This document shows positions 17,429 through 30,200 of a stretch of DNA of 64,000 nucleotides, in pieces (positions within the stretch are counted from its first letter, which is position 1; every line of letters begins with the position of its first letter). The notes below the pieces were generated by a model that saw only the letters and a list, made by a program, of their open reading frames with translations, searched no databases and had not been told where the DNA came from. The position numbers were made by a program, and so were the translations under genes. The DNA is from an uncultured Eubacteriales bacterium (GTDB lineage: Bacteria; Bacillota; Clostridia; TANB77; UBA1234): contig CASDSU010000028.1 of NCBI GenBank assembly GCA_949283575.1, positions 391,706 through 455,705 of the forward strand, given 5' to 3'.

Positions 17429-18676
17429 TTATTTGTAAGTTAATGTTGACGTTCCACAACCATCGAACATATTTGTTGCTGTTGTTGCTGTTGTCCAGTT
17501 TGAACTACTTACGTAGATTTTAGTTAAATTTTTACAACTCCAGAACATATAACTCATATTTGTAACCTTTGCAGTATTAAAGTTACTTAAATCTAAACTT
17601 GTCAAAGGTTCACACGAATAAAACATATAACTCATATTTGTAACCTTTGCAGTATTAAAACTACTTACATCTAAATTCGCTAATCTTCTACAATTATAAA
17701 ACATTCGAGACATATTTGTTACATTACTAGTGTCTAAATTAGAAATGTTTTTTATAGTTGTTAATCTAGAGCAATCATAAAACCACCATGCTGTACTATA
17801 TTGAGGACTAACTTTATTTACAAACTCTACTGTTGTAATTGAAGCTCTACTTGAATACCACGGAACACTACTACTTAACGTATAGGTACTTTTTGCTATA
17901 TCTCCATAGGATTTAGATACTGTTTTCCCAGAAATAGTTGCAGTAGTATTGTCAAATCCTAATGTCCCATCCGTATAAAGTGTTACATATACTTCATTTT
18001 TCTCAAACAGAGCATATAAAACAGTATCGGTAGTAAAAACCTTAGCTGTTTCTGCAGTGTAATTCGGTATGGTCGCTGTATTACTTGTACACCAACCGAT
18101 AAAAGTATAAGTATCACTTGTAGAAATTGCCTTTGGTAAATATACATCTAAACCTGGAAGTGATTCTTCACTTGATATTACAGTACCTTCTATTCCATTT
18201 AAATCATACGAAATTGTAATTGTATCGTATGCTTCAAGAGAAGTCTTGTTTCCATACGCATCATTGAAAACTACGCGAACAGTTCTCGTTCCATTTCCAT
18301 CTTCAACGGGCCAATTCTGAATTCTAAAGACATTATCTGAATTAGAAGTAGTCGTCGAATTTGAAGAATCAAGAGTTGTTCCTATAACATAGTTCGAATC
18401 AGTTATTGTAAGCGTTGATCCAATTTCAAAAGCTGTAACAGTTCCAGTCACACCGTCATTCGAAATCCATACTTGCATATCACTTTCATCTTCGGCGTAG
18501 ATATCGAGCGTGATGAGTCGATTGTTAGTATACGAACTGTTTTTGTTTATTGATATATTACATGCTGTAGGTGCAGACGTATCAGCAGCAAAAGCTATCG
18601 ATTCATTGCACAAAATAGCAATATTGAGCAATGTGAGAAAACAAAATATATGTAATAAGAGTTTTCGTTTTTTCAT
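17429..18676 (-). CDS. BspA/DUF285-family leucine-rich-repeat surface protein (415 aa)
   Basis: Signal peptide (..ILCNESIAFA|AD), an Ig-like region and a YDLNG-type Listeria-Bacteroides repeat. C-terminal 26-residue repeats read NxxKVTNMSYMFxxCxxLxxLDxSxFNT (TIGR02167/PF03382 type). Confidence 0.88.
   Translation of the reverse strand: MKKRKLLLHIFCFLTLLNIAILCNESIAFAADTSAPTACNISINKNSSYTNNRLITLDIYAEDESDMQVWISNDGVTGTVTAFEIGSTLTITDSNYVIGTTLDSSNSTTTSNSDNVFRIQNWPVEDGNGTRTVRVVFNDAYGNKTSLEAYDTITISYDLNGIEGTVISSEESLPGLDVYLPKAISTSDTYTFIGWCTSNTATIPNYTAETAKVFTTDTVLYALFEKNEVYVTLYTDGTLGFDNTTATISGKTVSKSYGDIAKSTYTLSSSVPWYSSRASITTVEFVNKVSPQYSTAWWFYDCSRLTTIKNISNLDTSNVTNMSRMFYNCRRLANLDVSSFNTAKVTNMSYMFYSCEPLTSLDLSNFNTAKVTNMSYMFWSCKNLTKIYVSSSNWTTATTATNMFDGCGTSTLTYK
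17545..17700 (-). repeat. 78-bp (26-codon) tandem repeat inside the DUF285 gene
   Basis: The 37-mer ACATATAACTCATATTTGTAACCTTTGCAGTATTAAA occurs identically at 17545-17581 and 17623-17659. A third, diverged unit follows. Confidence 0.9.
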
Positions 18677-18788
18677 TTGTTATATCTCTCCTCGTATTAT
18701 ATAGTTATAGTATTTAAAGTCTACTATAAAGACTTTATGTTATACTGTTTTTAGATAATGTGGATTGTTTAACCTCTCCTACCAGTTG

Positions 18789-19226
18789 ATGATTTTTGTT
18801 GATATTGACGTTGCTAAGGATAAGCACGATTGTTTTATTACTAATTCAGATGGTTAAATACTCTTTGATTCATTCACGATTACAAACAATATGGAAGGTT
18901 TTGAAAATCTGTTGCAAAGAATCGAATCTGTTGCAAATGATTTAAATAAAATAAAAGTAGGTCTTGAAGCCACTGGACATTATAGCTACAACATTTTAGG
19001 ATTCCTTCTTAGCAGTTTTCCAAGTGCTTCTAATATTGCAAATACCAATTTAGAAGAACTTTCAACTCTTCTTTCCGAATCTTCTAAAGGAAGATTTGAT
19101 TATTCAAAAGCTGAGTTAATTCAATATACTGCAAAAAATTCTATCGGCTCTATTATGCCTGCAAAATCACTTGAAGTAAAGCATACAATTAAACTAATAC
19201 AAGAACTTGGTTCTAAAATTTTTTGA
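18789..19226 (+). mobile_element. IS110-family transposase remnant (N-terminal part only)
   Basis: ..DIDVAKDKHDCFITNSDG*ILFDSF..KVGLEATGHYSYNILGFLL matches the IS110 DEDD N-domain. There is an in-frame TAA at 18855-18857, and the C-terminal catalytic/HhH part is absent. Confidence 0.7.
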
Positions 19227-19496
19227 GTGCCTATATGACACTCTATTCGTCATGCAATTTTCAATGTTCATATTAATTCAAAAAGTATTTTAAATTTTCA
19301 AGATTTTACTATTGACTTTTATTAGTTAGTCTTTTTATTAAATTTACACTTTTAGTTTAGCATAACGTAAATTTACTGTCCATAAAAAATACATGTATTT
19401 AACAGGAAAATAAAGGTTTTTTAATAAGAATATTTTTCAAGTATTGAGATAAAAAAATGTTATTATTAGAACATAATAAATTTTAGGAGGTTTATC

Positions 19497-19712
19497 TTGA
19501 AAATAAATGATTATGAAAAAGCAGAAACCACTAATATTGATTTTAAGGAAACTGTTGAATTAAGCAGACCTAAAAGTTGGCTTAAATCTGTTTCAAATTG
19601 TTATGAAGAAGATAAAAAAGATTTTATTGAATTAGTTATTGGAGATGGGCCACTTACGCCATATGTATTTATAAAAAATCTAAAAATATTTCATATTATT
19701 CTTTTTATATGA
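19497..19712 (+). pseudogene. Short fragment resembling the start of an AlbA_2/Schlafen-type DNA-binding protein
   Basis: ..NIDFKETVELSRPKSWLKSVS.. resembles the E-x-EFK opening of AlbA_2 domains. Only 71 codons. AGGAGG precedes TTG 19497. Confidence 0.2.
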
Positions 19713-19751
19713 TACACTAGTCTAGTAAACAATTTAGGGAGGGGAATTTAA

Positions 19752-20192
19752 ATGGATAAAAAGAAAATTATTTTAATTGCATCTATCGTAGTAATAGTTC
19801 TTTTAATTGTAATAATATTCGTAAAAAATCCTGACAGCAATGTAGATAATCCTAGCAGTTCAAGCGGTGATGTAGTAAAACCTGTAGAATTACCTACAAT
19901 ACACATTGAAGAAGAAAAAACATTTGAAACTTTAACTTTTAGCGATATAAAAATTGTTGAAAAGTCTGCTACAGAAAATCTTCTTAAGGCTAGTGTGAGA
20001 AATAACAGTTTAGAAAAATTTGATTCTAAAGTCATAGACGTTGAATTATTCAGAAAAAACGGAACAAGTATTGGAACGCTTGGATGTCTTATACCGGATA
20101 TAGAAGCAGAAAGTTCTGTAACAATAGAAATACCAATAGCTGCAAGTGTTATGGACACTGCAAATATCACAATGAAACAATCAGGGAACTAA
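19752..20192 (+). CDS. Membrane-anchored hypothetical protein (146 aa)
   Basis: GGGAGGGG RBS before ATG 19752. N-terminal anchor IILIASIVVIVLLIVIIFV followed by a soluble domain. The antisense track ORF 19748-20170 has no RBS. Confidence 0.65.
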   Translation: MDKKKIILIASIVVIVLLIVIIFVKNPDSNVDNPSSSSGDVVKPVELPTIHIEEEKTFETLTFSDIKIVEKSATENLLKASVRNNSLEKFDSKVIDVELFRKNGTSIGTLGCLIPDIEAESSVTIEIPIAASVMDTANITMKQSGN

Positions 20193-20236
20193 TTAAAAAG
20201 TATTTTAAGGGTCTGTAAAAAAGTCCCTTTTTACAC

Positions 20237-20593
20237 AATATCGCTACTTTGTGCAATGAATCGATAGTTTTGGTGGCAGATACCACAGTGCCTACAGCGT
20301 GTAGTATATCCATAAATAATGATAGTTCGTATGCTAACGAAAAATATGTAACACTTGATATTTATGCGAAAGACGAAAGTGATATGCAATTTAGAATAGG
20401 TTGGAATCCAGATACAGGATGGAATGAAGAAGAAGAAAAAAGTAGGATAGTGGTATAGCAGCCTTTCAATTGGTATGGAAATGAGTATGCTCCAAATATA
20501 CCTTCTGGTGCAGACTTGCCAGGTATTATTGATAATTTGAAAATAAAGTTGCAAGAAAAAAGAACTACGTCCCAAAATGACAAGGACAGGTGA
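20237..20593 (+). pseudogene. 5'- and 3'-truncated paralogue fragment of the 17429-18676 surface-protein gene, in inverted orientation
   Basis: NIATLCNESIVLVADTTVPTACSISINNDSSYANEKYVTLDIYAKDESDMQ aligns with residues ~18-70 of the 17429 gene product, about 80% at the nt level by eye. No start or signal peptide, and an in-frame TAG at 20456. Confidence 0.7.
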
Positions 20594-20606
20594 GACGGAG
20601 CTCTTT
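20584..20606 (-). repeat. Degenerate GGACAA hairpin repeat copy (inverted core, one arm lost)
   Basis: GGACAGGTGAGACGGAGCTCTTT. Its reverse complement ..AAAGAGCTCCGTCTCACCTGTCC resembles the copy at 43701. Confidence 0.45.
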
Positions 20607-20773
20607 ATTAAACTTCGTAATCGTGCGTAATATTTGTCGTACAATATTATTTGACAAACATACTAAACGCAATTAAGATGAAATTAATAAGTTAAATATT
20701 GGGGGATATACAATTTTTTCTAAGTTACTAGAAGAAGTTTGTATATTCCTTTTTTATTTGCTTAAACAAAAAA

Positions 20774-20798
20774 GGACAAAAGCCCCGTCCCTTTGTCT
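20774..20798 (+). repeat. GGACAA hairpin repeat copy
   Basis: GGACAAAAGCCCCGTCCCTTTGTCT flanked by A6/T7. A partial extra arm, GACAAATTTCTCTGTCC, follows at 20805-20821. Confidence 0.85.
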
Positions 20799-21137
20799 TT
20801 TTTTGACAAATTTCTCTGTCCAACCTATCCGAATTTAGAAAAAGGAACCGTTCCAATTTCAAAAAAAATTGTCCGTTTGACGGATGCCCCTAGGAGGACG
20901 ATTTTGAGGGTCGGCTTTACGGAAAGGGGCGTTTCGAAAAATGAAAATGTTTGAAAAGGCGAAAAAAATAAAAAAGAATTTTGGAAGCAAAAATTCGTTT
21001 AACAGAAATGTAACAAAAAAGTAATCTAGATGTAATTTAAACTTAATTTAATTTTAATATTTTGTTATAAAAAATCGTGGTTTTTAGTTCCGTAACTATA
21101 TTTTGAGTGATTTCAAAAACCTGGCAAAGTGGTGCCA

Positions 21138-21165
21138 TTTACATTAAAAATTAAACTTGTATAAT
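21138..21165 (+). promoter_or_regulatory. Candidate sigma-A promoter of the 12.3-kb gene
   Basis: TTTACA-16 nt-TATAAT with TG immediately 5' of the -10, 68 nt upstream of ATG 21233. Confidence 0.45.
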
Positions 21166-21232
21166 TCTAAATATACTTATATGAAATTATAAGTTTGACC
21201 ATATTCAAAATATTTTAAGGAGATTGAAGACT

Positions 21233-24200
21233 ATGAATAACTTTAAGAGACGTACTGCAACTAAACATTTTCTGATGAATTTCATGTTGATGTTAAGCTT
21301 CATAATGTGCTTGTCGGTGGGAGCCACAATCATATATGCGGCTGATAGTAGTGAAATATATGATGAAATCTATTTGGATACTACATTACCTAGTACTACA
21401 GCACCTGCATATGAGGTGGTAGATGGAAAGGTTGTATTAACGTCTAATCAAACTGATGCTGAGAGTGGTATTGGTTCAATTGAATATGGGTACAAACTTG
21501 AAGGAGAGGAAGACTATACATGGCAGGATTCTAGCGATTTCTCAGGCCTAGAGTATGGTACGTATGATGTTGTAACAAGAGCAACAGACTTGGCAGGAAA
21601 CGTGCAAGTATCAGAGACTGTAAGTGTAGAAATAGAGAATCCAACACCAGGTATGCTAATGAAAAGAGAAGATTCAACAAATGTGAGTGGAACGGGATAT
21701 GTATATTATGCAATAGGTGCTAAACGTGCTAGTCAGAAATTAAGAGATTCATCATATCTAACATACACGTCAGATAGCATAAAAACAATAATATTGTTAA
21801 GTGATAATACTGTGCCAGCAGATGCTCTAGCTTCTTGGGATGCATCATATACATATGGTGATGGAAAAGTAATGGCATGGGTAAAAGTAAATGAAAAAGA
21901 TACATCAGTGTATGATTTATACATTGGATCAAATAATGGAATAATAGCTCCTGCAGATTCAGGTTATTTATTTGCAGACTATGCAAATTGTGTAGAAATA
22001 AGGAATTTATCAATATTAGACACAGAAAATGTAACAGGTATGAGTAGCATGTTTGCTGGTTGTAGAGGTTTAACAAGTTTAAATGTAAGTAAATTTGATA
22101 CAAGAAAAGTTACAGATATGGGGTCTATGTTTTGGAATTGTAAAGAATTAAAATCTATTTTATTAGGAGATAATTTTAATAAATTAACGGGAAGCGATAT
22201 GTTTTCTGATTGTAGTAAACTAACAACTATCATAACAACTAAATCAATTACATTATCAAGATATGCTATGACACTTGGTACAAGTACAGGTTTATCTAGT
22301 TTATCAGATGCAATTCTATACGTACCAAATAAAGAATCTGAAGTTTTATATGAAAAAGCAACAAACTATTCAACTGTATTTGCAAGTGACAAAGATGCAG
22401 ATGGCGACATCTATAGAATTCGTCCAATCCTCGAACTTAATGGGGATAAAACAATTACACTTCTAGTTGGTTCTACATATACAGATGAAGGTGCTTTAGT
22501 TGCGGGAATGAATATTAATACATTAAATAACCAAATTAAAGGTTATACATTAGCAACAACAGGTCTTGACGATGTTGATACAAGAACAGCTGGAAATACA
22601 GCAACAATTACATACACATTAAAATACAAAGATCCATATGATGAAAACGCAACAGCTCAAACTATAATGACAGCTGAAAGAACTGTAACAACTATAGTTG
22701 GATATTATTCAGATGGAACCAACTTGTATGATACGTTAGCAGATGCGTTTGAAGGCGCAGACAATGGAGACACAATCGAAGTTATGCAAGATGTGACAGA
22801 TGATACATATGCAATCGTACCTACAGGAAAATCTATAATACTTGATTTAAAAGGAAACACAATTACGATGACGGCGCTTATGCCAATAGAAAATAATGGA
22901 ATGCTCGAGATAAAAGATTCAGCGAGTGCAGGCGGAAAATTGCTAAATATAGCGTCAAACAATGAATCATTTATTAATAACGCTGATAACTTAATTACTT
23001 TAAGTAGTTTACCAGAAGAAAATGAAATTTCAGAATATGAAACACATGAATTACCTACAGATGTATCAAATGGAAGCATAGTTCAAAATGTTTCGGGAAC
23101 TCTAATTACAAATAAAGGATTTGTAACTATTAACGAAAATGTATTTTTACAAGGTTATGATATTGCAATTAGAAACGAAGCAAACAGTATATTAAATATG
23201 CGTGGTGGAACATTAACAAATAATGTTTCTGGAACAGAAGCTACATTATATGTAGAAGCAGGTGCAATCATAAATATTTATGATGGAATTATTTCTTCGA
23301 ACGGAGCAGGCAAAGCTATTATTAATAATGGTTCTATTACAATAAGTAATAGAACAGAAAGTGAAGGACAACCACAAATTATTAATGAAAATGGTGTATC
23401 AATTATCAACCAAGAAAACATAGGTGATACAACAGCTAAATTAACTATTACAGATGCAATAATTGAAGGTGTAGTAATAAATAGAGGAGTAAACAAATTA
23501 TCAATCGCAAATTCTACTCTACAAAGTGAAAATGATATATTCTTGATAACAACTGCTGGCACAGTAACAATAAAAGATTCAACATACACAGGTAAAGGTT
23601 TAATTAACACATTTGATGAGAATGCAATTGTTAACTTAACTAATGTAACTGCAACAGCTACTGAAACAGTTATTGCTAATAATTATGGAACAGTTAATGT
23701 TGGTGGAGTATCAGTATTAACATCGACAACAGGAACTGCAATTGAAACAGCAGGAATAACAAATATTAAAGATGAAGTAGAAATAAAAGGAGTTAATGGT
23801 ATTTACAATATTGGAACATTAACATTTGGTATTTCAGGTGATACTGTTAATAGATTAATTAAAGTTAATTCATCAACAACTGCAATTAATAACGAAGGTG
23901 TATTTAATTGGTATGATGGTGAAATCACTGGTACAACTGAGAAAACATACATCGGAAACACTCCAAAGCTAGATGCATCAGTTTCAATAATGATTGAAAC
24001 AAATGTAGACAGAGAGACACAATATGTATTGTTAGATACAGAAGCACCAGTAATTTCAAATATAATTACAGAAACTGATTGGGTTAAGAATTCACAAACT
24101 CTTCAAGTTATTGCAGAAGATAACACTGGTGTTATTGGATATGCAGTAACTGAAGATGCAAATACTCCAAGTGTGGACAGTGGAATTTGGTCAATAGGTA

Positions 24201-27200
24201 ATACATTCATAGTAAATCAAAACAAGATATACTATATATGGGCTAAAGACGCTGCTGGAAACGTTGGTGGAAGAGCATTTACTGCACAGTGGATATGTCA
24301 AGAAATTTGGGATACAACTGGTCAATCTGGAAAAGATACAAGAGCAGTTCTAGAACTTGATGGAACTTTATTATTTGAAGTTGTAGACGTAGCTACAGGT
24401 AAAGATTATAACTCAACAGGAGTAATTAAAGATTATGCTATTAACACAGCTCCTTGGAGTAATGATAATAGAGTAATAAGAATTGAGGTTTCTGAAGGAA
24501 TAACAGCTATTGGCGAATATGGTTTATCAAATGCTACAAATGTAGCATCAATAAGTATTCCAACATCAGTAACAAGCATCTCAGAATCTGCATTCTACAG
24601 AACAAACAATTATAACAATGTTTCAGTATCTGGTTCAAATACAGAATTTAAGGCAGAAAATTTAGCAATCTATACTGCAAACAAAGATATTTTATATGTA
24701 TATAGCAATATGAATATTGCAGATACGTTTGTGATGGATTCAACAGTTGTAACTATTGGAGCCGGTGCATTCTATGGTAATGATACACTTACAGAAATGA
24801 GAGTATCTCCAAATGTTTTAAATGTTGGACTTGATGCATTTGAAGGAGTTACAGATGATGTTTACTACTATACATCAAGTGAAGGCATGAAAGAATATGT
24901 AGAAGCAAATCCTACAGAAGCAAACTTCATCCCAATAGACAATGTAAAACCAATAATAGAGAAATTTGAAATTAATAATGGAGAAGCAGCATCACCTGAA
25001 GCTGATGTAATTCTTACAATTGACGCAACAGATGATGTAGAAGTAGTTAAATACTTTGCTTCAGCAACTTATTACACACCAGAACAAATTACAAGCGTTG
25101 CTGATTCAGAGTGGATGACATACACAGGTGAAGAATCATATAAATTAGCTGCTCCATATGGAACTAAGACTGTTTATGTATGGGTTAAAGACTCATCTGG
25201 AAACATTTCAGATGTTGTAGAAGATTCAATATATTATGATGCAATAGGATTTGACTTATATGGACAAACAGAAATTGTTCAATACGTTGACACAACCGGA
25301 AAAGATTATTATGAATATGTAGAAAGTATTCAAGGTGGACATAGCGAAGTAGAAAACCACACAGTTCATGTGACTGGATTAGTAAATCATAAAGTTGTTG
25401 GAACATACACAATTACTTATAGCATTATAATAGATAATCAAGAAATGATTGCAAAATACAGAACTGTTGATGTAATCGAAAATTCTTGGACAGGTGCAAC
25501 AGGAACAACAGATGATGGATTCACATTTGTAATTCATACAAATGGTAAATATGCTAAGATTACAGGATTCACAGGAACAACTACTGAAGTATTCGAAATT
25601 CCAGCAAGTGTTGAGCTAAATGGAGTAGAGTATAAGGTAATTGATGTTGGAAATACAGACACAACGAAGAATATCTTAAATATTGTTACTAGTTATTCTG
25701 ATTTAACTTATGACCATACAGTTGAAAAAATTATTTTACCAGATACATTAATAAGAGTTAGTGATAATGCATTTGCAAACTTTGATAAGTTAACTATTTT
25801 AGATATTCCAAATTCAATAATGTCTTTTGGCAGTAGAGCTTTCAAAGATGCTGGTGCAAGTAACAAAATAGATACTTTAAGATTGCCAGATAATTTTAGA
25901 GTGCTAGAAAAATCAGCATTAATGCAAATTAATGTGAATAATATTGATTTTGGTAATACAATAAGATGTTTAGATACATATTCTGTATCTTGGATTACAA
26001 ATAATACAAACCTTGTAATTAATATTCCTGAATCAGTAGAGTATATTTCGGAAGCTACATTTAGAGGTTCATACATTTATGACATAAATGTTGATGAGGA
26101 TAATGTTAGTTATAGGATTTGTGATAGTAATATTGCACTTCTTACAGCAGATGGAACAACATTAATTGCTTATCCAACTACTAGTGATTTTGAAGAATAT
26201 AGGGTTCAAGATAGTGTGAAGGTGATAGGAAATTCAGCGTTCACTTATGCAACTACGATCAAAGCTATAGACCTTGCTAATGTTACTGAGATACATCCTG
26301 AGGCTTTTGAAAACATTCAAACTATGACAACTGTGACAGGAACATCAAATGTTGGAATAATTGGAAGCGAATCTTTTAAAGATACACCAATTACTGAATT
26401 TGAGTTTTCAAAGAACCTATCTACAGTAGGTGATAATGCATTCCAAAACACAGCGCTTAGCGATGTTGTTATTGAAAGCAAAGCTTCAATTGGGGAGTAT
26501 GCATTTGCAGATTGCGAAAACTTAGAAGATATCATGTTCTATACAAACTTAGGTATCGTTACACTTGCTAATGCAAATGCAATCTCAGACGCTGCTACAA
26601 TTTACGTTCCTTTTGGAATGGAAGCTATGTATGAAGGTGATAGTGTTTACAAGACAATTCCTGATTATACAAACAGAATTAAACCAATTCTAAAATTAAT
26701 TGGTGATTCATCAATGGAATGGTTATTAAACGAACCTTATACAGATGAAGGTGTTTACGCACTTGGCGTAGAAACAAACGTTGCAATGACTGAAACTAAG
26801 ATCCCAGGATTTGAGCTTATTGTTGAAGGCGGAGTAAATCCAGGTGAAGCAAAACGTCATACTGTTACATATATTGCAAAATATAATGGCGTAGAAGTTG
26901 ATAGAGTCGAAAGAATAATTGATATTAAAGACTATGAAGCTCCTGTGATTAATGGAGTTGAGACTGATAGCAGCTGGGTTGTAGATTATCAAACATTTAT
27001 AGTAGATGCTACAGATAATATTGCTGTTACTGGTTACTATATTAGTACTTCAAGTGATAAACCTGCACTAGATGCAGAAGGATGGCAAGTATCAAATTCA
27101 GTTAAAGCTATTGATAATGGAACTTGGTACATCTTTGCAAGAGATGGTTTTGGAAACGTTTCTGAACCATATGAAGTAGAAGCTACTTGGGTTTGCTCAG

Positions 27201-30200
27201 GTGTTTGGGATATTAGTAAGAATAGTGATAGAACTGTTTTAGGTATCTTATCTGTAGATGGTACAGAGCTATATATCAAAGGTATTGGTGAAACTAAAGA
27301 TTATGAAAAATCAAGTGCACCATGGTATTTAAGCAACAGAATTGATATCACAAAAATAGAAGTAGACGAAGGCGTAAGATACTTAGGAAGCTATCTATTA
27401 GAAAATATGCCAAGAGTTGAAACAATAGAACTTCCAGCAAGCTTAGAGAGAATAAGTGATACTACATTTGCTTTAACAAATAACTTTGATAGTATAGAGT
27501 TAAATGGAAACACAAGATTTGTATACGAAAACGGAACTTTGTACGGCGATGAGTTTAAAACATTGTATGTTCATACAAATAAATTCACTAACTCATATGC
27601 ATTACCTACAACAGTTACAAAGATTTGTGCAGGAGCATTTGCTAATAACACAACAATCTCAAGTCTAGATTTAAGTAATGTTACATCTATAGGAGATAAA
27701 GCGTTTAGTGGAGTATTACACTTTGGTAATGTTTATGTTTCTAAGAAATTAGAAAACATTGGTGCAAACGTGTTTGAAGGAACATATGGACCAATTTACT
27801 ACTATTCATCTTGTGCAACAATGATGGAATATGTAAAAACTTATGGTACAGAAACTACATTTATTATGATAGATGACGTTTTACCAATAGTTGAAAAAAT
27901 GACAATTAATGATAATGCTGTATCTACAGATGATAGAAATGTAACATTAAACATTAAGATAACAGATGATGTTGCAGTTTCTAAGATTCTTATCTCAGAA
28001 CTTGAACTTACAAACTTGAAAGCTGATGATTCTCGTTGGCAAGACTACAACGGCGAAACAGAACTTGCATACAAATTGTCTGCAGAAAATGGTGAAAAGA
28101 CAATTTATGTATGGGCTATGGACACAAGCAATAATATTAGTATTCCTGGAGTGGATACGATTTTACTTGGCGTTAACGATTTTGCTTTTGAAACTGACGA
28201 TTATGTAGTTCAATATGTTGATAAGACTGGAAAAAATTATTATGAATATAGTGAAGAATTCCAAGGTGGATACACAATAACAACAGAAGGAATAACAGTT
28301 GAAGTTGATACAAATATTGATGTAACAACTGTTGGAGAAAAAGAAGTTGTTTATTCATTATTCCATAATGGGTTGAAAGTTGCAGAATACATAAAAACAG
28401 TTTATGTAATTGAAGATGAGTGGGAAGATACAATTTATACTTTCCGCGATTATGAATATCAAAAACATATTAGTGGAAAATATGCTAAGATTACTAAATA
28501 TTTAGGTAGCGATACATCAGTTGATTTCCCTACAAATATTCGTGATGAGAATAATGAAAGTTATTTGGTAATTGAAATTGAAAGCTTGGATGAAAATCCA
28601 GTTGTTCCAACTTCTACAAGATCAGTTATTTTACCATACTGTTTAATTAGTGTTGGTAAGAATGCATTTGCTAATTGTATTAATTTGAATAATATAGAAT
28701 TTATGTTCAATGTTATGACGATAGAAGAAAATGCATTTAAGAATTCTGGTATACAAAATCTTATAATAGATAACAACACAAGAGAGATTAAACGTGGTGC
28801 ATTTGATGGAACTCCAATTAGTTCAGTTACTTTGGGTGCTTTAACAAAGAGTATTGAAGAAGATGTATTTAGAAATGCAATTACGGCAAATGAAGTAATT
28901 TTACGTAACACTATTGATAATATTGGTGAAGGTGCATTTGCGGGAAGCATAATAAATAACTTTGAAACAAATGCTGTTAGCGAAGATTCTAAATATGTTA
29001 TTTATGATTCAACTTATGTTGTTGAAAGAAATACATCAAACCTTGTAGCAGTGGCCGTTGGTTCTGTTGTAGGCGATGTAGAAATAAAAGAATTTAGCAT
29101 AAATAGAATTGGTAATGGAGCATTTATGAATGCTGATAGCATGACTTCGATTTCAATACCAGAAGGCTATAATGAGATAGGTAAAGAAGCATTTAGAAAT
29201 ACAGCTCTTAGAATTATTGAAGTTCCTGGCGCTGTTAAAGAGATTCCAGAATATGCTTTTGCAGATTGTAACAACTTAAGTTTTGCTGCTTTACACAGTG
29301 TAACTGAAATTTCTGTAAGTGCGTTTGAGAATAACAATGGTTTAAATAGTTTAGTAATTTTAACAGACAAAGATAGTATTTGTACAATTGATAATGCTTC
29401 GTTACTTCCAATAGCTACAAATATTTATGTTGTAGATTCAGCTTCATATAAAGCATCAAGTGATTGGAATGCTGTAGAAGAAAGAATTTTCGACATATTA
29501 AGATTAAATGGTGCTGAAGAAGTTGTTGTAGAAGCTGGTGACGAATATGTTGAAGAAGGTGTATATGTAATAGATGAAGTATTAGTGTCTAATGGCAATC
29601 ATTCAATTCTTGATAGTGTAAGAATGGAGATCATGTCTGACTTTAATACACAAGGTTTAGGAGAGCAAGAAGTTAGATATACATTGTATTCAGAAACTGA
29701 AGCTAGAGCAGAGGTTATAAGAATTATTAAGGTTCAAGATACAACGCCTCCGACAATTGAAGAAGTTCAAACAATTGATGAAGCACAGGCTATGAGAGAG
29801 AGATTTACTGTTATTGCTACTGATAATCATAGAATTGCAGGATATGCAATAACAAAAGATAATAATCCTCCAGAGCTTGACTCAGATATTTGGGTAGATT
29901 CAAATATTTTATATGCAGATTCAAATGGTTTATGGTATATATGGGTAAAAGACGAAGCTGGAAATATTTCAGTTCAAGAAGTTGAAGCTGTGCATATTTG
30001 CCGTGCTGAGTGGGATATCGGTGTTATACCAGGAACAGTATTTGGATTAATCACATTTGATAATGAATTTGTTATCGAGGGTGAAGGTGCAGTTAAATAT
30101 TTTGCAGAGGATGAAATTCCTTGGATTGAATATATGAATGAAATTGTAGCGATTGAAGTAAGAGAAGGAGTTACTCTTCTTAGAGAATATACACTTGGTA

